Below the pieces are notes generated by a model. That model did no database searches and was not told where the DNA came from. It worked only from the letters and a program-made list of their open reading frames with translations. DNA of 64,000 nt. Source: an uncultured virus (IMG/VR IMGVR_UViG_3300008624_000002) (lineage: Duplodnaviria > Heunggongvirae > Uroviricota > Caudoviricetes). The stretch lies in the IMG/VR virus record IMGVR_UViG_3300008624_000002; one strand, 5' to 3'. This document shows positions 57,989-64,000 of this stretch, piece after piece; position 1 is the first letter of the stretch; every line of letters begins with the position of its first letter. The translations under genes and the position numbers were made by a program.

Positions 57989-58386
57989 TATTTCTTTTTC
58001 TTTTCTTTCTTCAAGAACTTCTGCAACTCAGATGTTGAACCAACATATAAATGATTATGTTGTGTCCCAACTTTGGTGTCTTCGCCTTCTAACTTCTTCA
58101 ATTTTTGTTGAAGGTCTATTAACTTCTCTGCTGTTTCTCCAACAGTTTTAATTAATTGGCCTGCGACTTCGTATGCACGAGGATGTTCCGTTTCTTTTGA
58201 AAGTTGTAATATACCATCTATGGCATCTTGACCTCGTTCTACTAGGTCATAAAGGTTTTCTCTGGCGTATCTATAGTCTGTTTCCATATTCTCATGTCGA
58301 GAAGGAAGTTTAACTACTTGTGTTTCTTTTTTAATATCAGATGAGATATTTAGAATATCATCCAATTTCTGGTCTATTTCGTTCAT
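57988..58386 (-). CDS. 16: Terminase small subunit (gp16)
   Basis: DYRYARENL, HPRAYEVAGQL, YVGSTSELQK. Confidence 0.92.
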   Translation of the reverse strand: MNEIDQKLDDILNISSDIKKETQVVKLPSRHENMETDYRYARENLYDLVERGQDAIDGILQLSKETEHPRAYEVAGQLIKTVGETAEKLIDLQQKLKKLEGEDTKVGTQHNHLYVGSTSELQKFLKKEKKKK

Positions 58387-58388
58387 AA

Positions 58389-59423
58389 TTAAGTATTGTC
58401 TTCATCAGCAAAAGTATATCTTGCTCCGTCATCATAATATGTCACATTTTCTGCAACAACAAATGTATCTGCTGGGTCTACTGAACCAACAAATTTAAGT
58501 AGTGTGTTTGCATCAACTGTTATAGCAGCTGATAATACCATTGATAATTTGTTAGCGTGAATAGATGCAATGGTTGGATTAGTTGATAAGTTTGTTCCAA
58601 ACACCTCGTCTGCAACACTTATCTTACTGTTTATTGCAGTTGCAAAGGTTACCGTAGTTGAATTGGATACGGCATTACATCTTTCTCCAAATGCAGGTTC
58701 ATAGTGTTTAACTTCTTTAATTAGACCAGCGGCAGTTATCTCAGATGTTGAAAATGCAGTTTGGCCATCTCCAAGATAAGTTCTTTCAATAACATTCTTA
58801 ATAATATTACCAGTGTATACAGGTCCAAAGAAGTATGTTTTCATTGTAAAGTCTAAAGTGTATTCTATAATTCTTCTATCTTCAAATGAACCTTCATAGT
58901 CATCTTGAAAAGATACACTATTTAAAATGACAGGTACATCTCTATTATCAGGCATTGAATCTACCATTTTCATTGTGACTGTATATTCTGGTTGAAAGTA
59001 TGGAAGAATCTGTTCTACTATCTGTAATGCATCATTCATATTCTTTGTTAGAATAGATAATGTAAAGTTTAAATTGTATGGTGCTGGGTTGTATTGAAAA
59101 CCTCTCTTACCATCTGCCTCATAAGTAGACTTTGCGGCTCTTATAAGTTTATTCTGTTGTCTTTCTCTATCATATTCAAAACCTGTAAGTTCAAATGCCA
59201 TACGAGGTAATGATATTGCACTTCTATTTTTATCTGATAAATTGGGTTCTTCTGCGATTCTATCTAAAAACTTTTGTTTAGGTCCATATGATAACGGAAC
59301 AATAGGAGAAGTCAAAACAGTTCCATCTGCTTTGACCTTCTTATATTGTATATTATTAAACAAGGTACCAAATACTGATACGCACCGTTTAATAGTTTCA
59401 TTATAGAAATATGTTCCGAACAT
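58389..59423 (-). CDS. 15: Tail sheath stabiliser / completion protein (gp15) with C-terminal extension
   Basis: FGTLFN, VPLSYGPKQKFL, LPRMAFE, QIVEQILPYFQP. Confidence 0.92.
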   Translation of the reverse strand: MFGTYFYNETIKRCVSVFGTLFNNIQYKKVKADGTVLTSPIVPLSYGPKQKFLDRIAEEPNLSDKNRSAISLPRMAFELTGFEYDRERQQNKLIRAAKSTYEADGKRGFQYNPAPYNLNFTLSILTKNMNDALQIVEQILPYFQPEYTVTMKMVDSMPDNRDVPVILNSVSFQDDYEGSFEDRRIIEYTLDFTMKTYFFGPVYTGNIIKNVIERTYLGDGQTAFSTSEITAAGLIKEVKHYEPAFGERCNAVSNSTTVTFATAINSKISVADEVFGTNLSTNPTIASIHANKLSMVLSAAITVDANTLLKFVGSVDPADTFVVAENVTYYDDGARYTFADEDNT

Positions 59424-59638
59424 TATGCATTGTCCTCTACATATTGTTTTATATCTCCAACAGTAAATATGTTTTCTGCATCTTCATCAGGTACAGATAT
59501 ACCATATTCTTCTTCTACTGCCATTACCAATTCTACAACATGAAGAGAGTCAGCTCCCAAGTCTTCGACTAGTTTACATTCATCTCTTACTGCATCTTGG
59601 TCTATATTAAGAGTATTTGCTATTATTTTTTCTATCAT
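59423..59638 (-). CDS. acpP: Acyl carrier protein
   Basis: DLGADSL.VVELVMAVEEEY with phosphopantetheine-attachment Ser. Confidence 0.88.
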   Translation of the reverse strand: MIEKIIANTLNIDQDAVRDECKLVEDLGADSLHVVELVMAVEEEYGISVPDEDAENIFTVGDIKQYVEDNA

Positions 59639-60492
59639 TATGGTTCTCCAAACGGATTAACTTCACTTAAATCTAGATACGATGTATCTTTCTGTTCAAA
59701 TTCTAAGTTCTGAGCAGCCGCATCATTAGAGAATGTCATTCTATCATCTATTGATGTTATTGTAAATTGTGCGCCTGAAACAGCACCAACTAATACATCG
59801 TTCACTTCTAGGGTTGTTGTTATGTCTTTAGCGAGTAGTTTACTAGTAGGTTGATGCCATGATACTGCTTCTGCAACAACTGTGCTACCTATCTTTATAT
59901 CCTCATTAGCAACATAATCTTTATTATTTCCACTACCCATTGTCATACTTAATGAGTATGCTTGTTCGTCTTCTATCAAGTCTATATCTGCAATACCTGT
60001 ATCGAAATCTTCTTGACCGTATTCGTAGAGTTCACATCTAAGTTTAAATACAAATAGTTTGCCAACTTGATAGAATGGGTCTTCGTGTTCTACAAATTTG
60101 ATTTCAAACATTGAACCACTTAAAGGGAAATAAACTAAATCTCCTTCATTGGGTCTGAATGATGATGCAAGGTTTGAGTCTAGGGAAATGAATCTTTCCC
60201 AACTTCTTAGTGATATGACAAATGTTGCTTGGTCTCTAACTTGAACACCAAACTTAGACATAAGGTCTCCTTCTCCTTCGAAACCTTCTGCATTTTCTAT
60301 ATACATTTCAACCGAATACGCATCACCAAACTTAGACTGAACATCTTCGTTCAGTATAGTATCTTCTTCTATTATCTGCCTTGGCAAATAATAAGTTTCG
60401 TGACCATAAATCCTTAAAGACTCAACTACTAAATCTTCGTATAGTTGTTGTTCCGTTGAGACTGCATGGTTGAAAAAAACATTAGTAGGCAT
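59638..60492 (-). CDS. 14: Neck protein (gp14)
   Basis: YYLPR, SKFG, RPNEGDLVYFP, FEIKFVE, NPFGE. Confidence 0.92.
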   Translation of the reverse strand: MPTNVFFNHAVSTEQQLYEDLVVESLRIYGHETYYLPRQIIEEDTILNEDVQSKFGDAYSVEMYIENAEGFEGEGDLMSKFGVQVRDQATFVISLRSWERFISLDSNLASSFRPNEGDLVYFPLSGSMFEIKFVEHEDPFYQVGKLFVFKLRCELYEYGQEDFDTGIADIDLIEDEQAYSLSMTMGSGNNKDYVANEDIKIGSTVVAEAVSWHQPTSKLLAKDITTTLEVNDVLVGAVSGAQFTITSIDDRMTFSNDAAAQNLEFEQKDTSYLDLSEVNPFGEP

Positions 60493-60498
60493 ATCTCA

Positions 60499-61314
60499 TT
60501 ATCCAATCATATCCATAGGTAACATGTCATGATTTAATCTTGACTCTTCTTCAAGTCGTTGTATTTCTTCTTGTGCTTCTTGTTTCATCTGAGTTCCATC
60601 AAGAGTCACTCCTCCAGGCAATGCAATACCTTGGAACTTAGATAAGTTTTCTCCCCATTGGTATTTGCATAATGCGGTTGCATATTTTTTTAACCACATA
60701 TCATTATAGATATCAGTAAAATCTGTAGGGTCTAGTTTTCTATAACATTCTATGATTAAGTGTTCGTCTTCGTATATACTATCTACATCCATATCTAAAT
60801 ACAATCTATTCATATGTTGATTAAATCTTAGTGGTGTTCTACCAACTAATACATGTTGCATTAAAGATAATTGTTGTTGAACTTGTTCGTAGTATAGAAT
60901 GTTGGTTGATGTTAAACTATATAAATCGTTTAATCTTATTTGGTATCTCATATCAAACATGTTAAGATTACTCTTATCATTGAATGGGAATATGTTCTGC
61001 ACTGCGAGAACGAAATCTGGTAATACGATATAGTTCTTTTGTTGTTTAACAACTTCATTAGCATAGTCATGATTTCCAGCGGCATTCTCTGTGAATGACT
61101 CGTCTGTTTTCATAGTGGTAGTTTTATTAGCAGTTATCTTATGTTTTAGATAAGTCTTTATACTACCATCGTAATGATAATTATGAAAATACTGTAGCGC
61201 CTCATCTATTCTATCATCGAATTGGTCGTCATCGATGTTTATTTCTAGAACAGGTGCACCCAGCCGTCTCTTGATGTATTCTTTTAAAGTTGCTTTACTG
61301 TTCGGTGATGCCAT
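60499..61314 (-). CDS. 13: Neck protein (gp13)
   Basis: RRLGAPVLEIN, WLKKYATAL..QWGENLSKF.G..LPGGVTLDG. Confidence 0.93.
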   Translation of the reverse strand: MASPNSKATLKEYIKRRLGAPVLEINIDDDQFDDRIDEALQYFHNYHYDGSIKTYLKHKITANKTTTMKTDESFTENAAGNHDYANEVVKQQKNYIVLPDFVLAVQNIFPFNDKSNLNMFDMRYQIRLNDLYSLTSTNILYYEQVQQQLSLMQHVLVGRTPLRFNQHMNRLYLDMDVDSIYEDEHLIIECYRKLDPTDFTDIYNDMWLKKYATALCKYQWGENLSKFQGIALPGGVTLDGTQMKQEAQEEIQRLEEESRLNHDMLPMDMIG

Positions 61315-61338
61315 AATAGTAGTTCCTGTTTATACTAC

Positions 61339-61346
61339 TATTTATA
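61339..61346 (-). promoter_or_regulatory. T4-type late promoter (gene 13)
   Basis: Exact TATAAATA. Confidence 0.75.
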
Positions 61347-61352
61347 GTAATT

Positions 61353-61622
61353 TTAATCTTGGAAATAAGTTTTTGTCTGGAGTCTGTCTATCTTCTCATC
61401 TATTCGTTCTATAGAATCGATAATTCTTTGAAAAGTTTGTTCCATCTGTTCTCTGGTAACATAGTCTCTTGCGACTTCTTCTCTTGTTTTATTAATTAAT
61501 ATATCTATTCTTTTTTGTTCAGCGAAAATGCTTCTAATTAACCATCCACCAGGTATTACTATAACAGTAAGAACCAGGTTCCATAGCATATGCGGATCCA
61601 TTGATATTGTAGCGATTTCCAT
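61353..61622 (-). CDS. Single-TM coiled-coil membrane protein
   Basis: TM followed by TREEVARDYVTR..IERIDEKIDRL; late promoter at 61628. Confidence 0.6.
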   Translation of the reverse strand: MEIATISMDPHMLWNLVLTVIVIPGGWLIRSIFAEQKRIDILINKTREEVARDYVTREQMEQTFQRIIDSIERIDEKIDRLQTKTYFQD

Positions 61623-61630
61623 ACATATAT

Positions 61631-62344
61631 TTAGTAAATGTAGTTGCCGTCTTCATCTATATGCCATATGTTATCTAGATTTTTTATATCATCTCTATGA
61701 AAGCTATCTTCGTTTTTTCCTAGTGTATAATTTCTCATTCTGACTTGCATATTAAAGGATATACTGTATCTTTCTTTATCAGTTAAGTTTGGTGCGACCA
61801 TATGCATAGCAGCACTAGGAAACATTAACAAGTCTCCTGTTCTAGGTGTTATTCTGACATTATCATGCAGTCTTGGAGCGGCGGGCATATCAGATACAAC
61901 CTTAGGGTCTTTATCAACAAACACTATGTCTCCTTCATCTCCATCGGCCCTTATATACATAGCACCAGAATAGAAACAACCATTGTGTAAATGTGGAGAA
62001 TTCCATGCACCGAAACCATTAATGTTTCCCCATGAGTTATGAAATTCTATATCAAAAGAATCTTTCTTAACACCCATGTATGGCATAATTTCATCTCTCA
62101 TCACCCTCTTTATTTGTCTTACTGCACCAATGAATATAGGATTAGTTTCTAAACCATCATTTGATTGCCAACTAGTATTTTCTTGATTAGATAAAAATCT
62201 TCCTTCATCTCTTTTTCTTATTGCGTCCATCTCATCTCTCAACAGACCAAAATACTCTTCGGTCATAGTTGAACACCTATCTTTCTCTTCATGTAAAAAA
62301 GATTTATGAAATAGATAAGTTGGAAACATTAGTCTAACTGCCAT
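61631..62344 (-). CDS. 2OG-Fe(II) oxygenase (TIGR02466-like)
   Basis: WGNIN..PHLH..SGAMY, FPS..MHMV..N..RYSISFN. Confidence 0.82.
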   Translation of the reverse strand: MAVRLMFPTYLFHKSFLHEEKDRCSTMTEEYFGLLRDEMDAIRKRDEGRFLSNQENTSWQSNDGLETNPIFIGAVRQIKRVMRDEIMPYMGVKKDSFDIEFHNSWGNINGFGAWNSPHLHNGCFYSGAMYIRADGDEGDIVFVDKDPKVVSDMPAAPRLHDNVRITPRTGDLLMFPSAAMHMVAPNLTDKERYSISFNMQVRMRNYTLGKNEDSFHRDDIKNLDNIWHIDEDGNYIY

Positions 62345-63195
62345 TACTTCTCCTCATCTGTTATGTGTGCAGGACATTCTGGTGGCGGTTTATCTTCTTT
62401 AAAGTATTGTCCTTTCTCTTTCCAATAACCTTCTAATCTATATGGACCCAATTTCTTCGAATCACTATTTTTATATTCATCGTACATTTTTCTTCCTTGT
62501 TCGTCCATTCCAGGCATGTCTGCATGTCTTGTATATTCACTTCTGTTTTCATGCCACACCTTAGCGTCTTTTAATTGATATGTTGCAGTCCATTTTTCCC
62601 TCTTGAAAGGAATCACTTGAACGAGAGGCGTGCCTTTCGGTATAGTAAATGAATGTTCTACTTTAGGATAGAATATGATTTGCGAATTATCCAAATTTGT
62701 GTTAAACTTATCTGTATCTATAACACCTTGCCAAACTGCAAAATAATCATTTTGAAATAGAAAAGGGTCTAAGTAGAAACAAGAATAATCTGTTGGTGTA
62801 ATAATGTTCCATGCATTTCTCATTTTAAACGCATCTTTAACATGACCTTTACCATTCTTTATATAATCAAATGCATTATCAAACTGTTCAGATGGATGTG
62901 TCGGAGAACCATAGCCTGAATCTGTTGGGTCTTTTGTTGTAAAATTCTCATTCGACAAACCATCTCTATCTTGTCCAACTAAAACTTCCATATCTCTATT
63001 TGCGAGAATATACCAACCAGACTTTAACCAATCGTCCATAGCTGGACATGCACGAATAGTTTGAGTTCTTCTACCTCTTACTGCTTGGAAGATTTTCATT
63101 TTCTTCCACCAGTCTGGCATAATAGATTTAGCCAGAATAGGTTTAAAATCCCTTATCGTGTTGTCATTAAATGTAGTGAAGTCTATCGTTGGCAT
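62344..63195 (-). CDS. Conserved phage protein (DUF6065-like)
   Basis: TIRACPAM.D, WNIITP..YS, GVIDTD, KGTPLVQVIPFKR. Confidence 0.65.
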   Translation of the reverse strand: MPTIDFTTFNDNTIRDFKPILAKSIMPDWWKKMKIFQAVRGRRTQTIRACPAMDDWLKSGWYILANRDMEVLVGQDRDGLSNENFTTKDPTDSGYGSPTHPSEQFDNAFDYIKNGKGHVKDAFKMRNAWNIITPTDYSCFYLDPFLFQNDYFAVWQGVIDTDKFNTNLDNSQIIFYPKVEHSFTIPKGTPLVQVIPFKREKWTATYQLKDAKVWHENRSEYTRHADMPGMDEQGRKMYDEYKNSDSKKLGPYRLEGYWKEKGQYFKEDKPPPECPAHITDEEK

Positions 63196-63901
63196 TATAA
63201 AACTCTTCTTTTTCTACTAGTTCTATTTCATCTCCTCTTAGAACTACTGAGCGTCTATCCATGTATCTCGCTCTTTCTGTTGGTGCATCTGCACCGTGTG
63301 GTATTCTTCCGTCAAACATTAATAATCTATTCGGAACAAACTCAATGTTTCCGATTTCATGATTCTTAATGTGTTCGTTTCTACCATCTAAACCTTGTTG
63401 TGGTTCATCATATATTCTTAAATTACCACCCCATTTCTTTTCCCAAAATGTATTATAATAATATAAGAATGAGAGATTCCAATCATCATCTTCAGCACAA
63501 TCACTATGAGTTGTTCCATGCTGACCATATGTTTGAGAATTTAGTCCCATATATTGAAATCTTTTCCATTTGAATCCAAAATCAGTACATATTCTTCTAT
63601 TCAACCATCGAGCAGGAATAGATTGTAATGCATCAACACAAACTGAATCTCTTTCAACTACACCATTCTCTACTCGAAAAAATGATGCACCCCAAAATGA
63701 ATGATGTGGTAATCCTGTTCTACTGTGACCTTGTACTGAATTTGTTTTAGACCATATTGCATTATTGGTAAACTTATTATTAATCCAATAGTGTAGACTC
63801 GTTTCTAGATAGTTGTCTATTACATAAATTTTATTTCTTATGGGAAAGTCAACCAATCGAAACGGCTTATCTAGATAGATAATCTCAAGGTCTTCAAACA
63901 T
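63167..63901 (-). CDS. 2OG-Fe(II) oxygenase
   Basis: THSD, LYYYN..W..WGG, PNRLLMFDGRIPHG..R. Confidence 0.82.
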   Translation of the reverse strand: MFEDLEIIYLDKPFRLVDFPIRNKIYVIDNYLETSLHYWINNKFTNNAIWSKTNSVQGHSRTGLPHHSFWGASFFRVENGVVERDSVCVDALQSIPARWLNRRICTDFGFKWKRFQYMGLNSQTYGQHGTTHSDCAEDDDWNLSFLYYYNTFWEKKWGGNLRIYDEPQQGLDGRNEHIKNHEIGNIEFVPNRLLMFDGRIPHGADAPTERARYMDRRSVVLRGDEIELVEKEEFYNANDRLHYI

Positions 63902-63913
63902 GTTTTTAACCTA

Positions 63914-64000
63914 TTAAAGCTTTCTGTGGTGAAGGAATCTGGTTTGAGTAATCTTCGAACTCTCTTAGAGTGTCTTCTCTAGTGTTTCTAATTTCTTCAA
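63914..64000 (-). CDS. 3' end of an upstream gene (partial)
   Basis: Open frame ...EEIRNTREDTLREFEDYSNQIPSPQKAL*. Confidence 0.45.

Noticed and set aside
364..63369. Many plus-strand ORFs and nested minus-strand ORFs in the ORF track
   Set aside because: Shadows of well-supported minus-strand genes; no RBS or recognisable motifs
1..64000. Introns, inteins, stop-codon reassignment or CRISPR arrays
   Set aside because: Core genes (43, 41, 17, 20, 23, 46) are uninterrupted and of normal length, all three stop codons terminate genes, and no repeat-spacer array was seen

Overview
64-kb segment of a large, AT-rich T4-like myovirus, probably a marine phage of a heterotrophic bacterium; no photosynthesis genes occur in this window. 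Essentially all real genes are on the minus strand. Core modules: neck/tail/head gp13-gp23 and gp3; UvsY/UvsW/UvsX; gp55 late sigma; gp47/46; gp45/44/62; RegA; gp43; gp41. Host-like auxiliary genes: AmtB, peptide deformylase, IscU, peroxiredoxin, Hsp20, acyl carrier protein, several 2OG-Fe(II) oxygenases and a canonical tRNA-Ala. Most notable: (1) a non-canonical tRNA-Gly-like RNA (anticodon ACC, degenerate D and T loops, own promoter) upstream of a DruA/DUF4338-like gene, a cytidylyltransferase and a T4 beta-glucosyltransferase-like gene, a candidate tRNA-dependent DNA hypermodification system; (2) a late operon joining a curli-type export module (CsgG, CsgF-like, two curlin-like proteins) to a FecR-domain protein and a CHASE2 adenylate cyclase; (3) a ~380-nt highly structured non-coding leader upstream of hsp20; (4) a compact structured RNA candidate between gp45 and gp44. 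All assignments come from reading motifs by eye; no searches were run.
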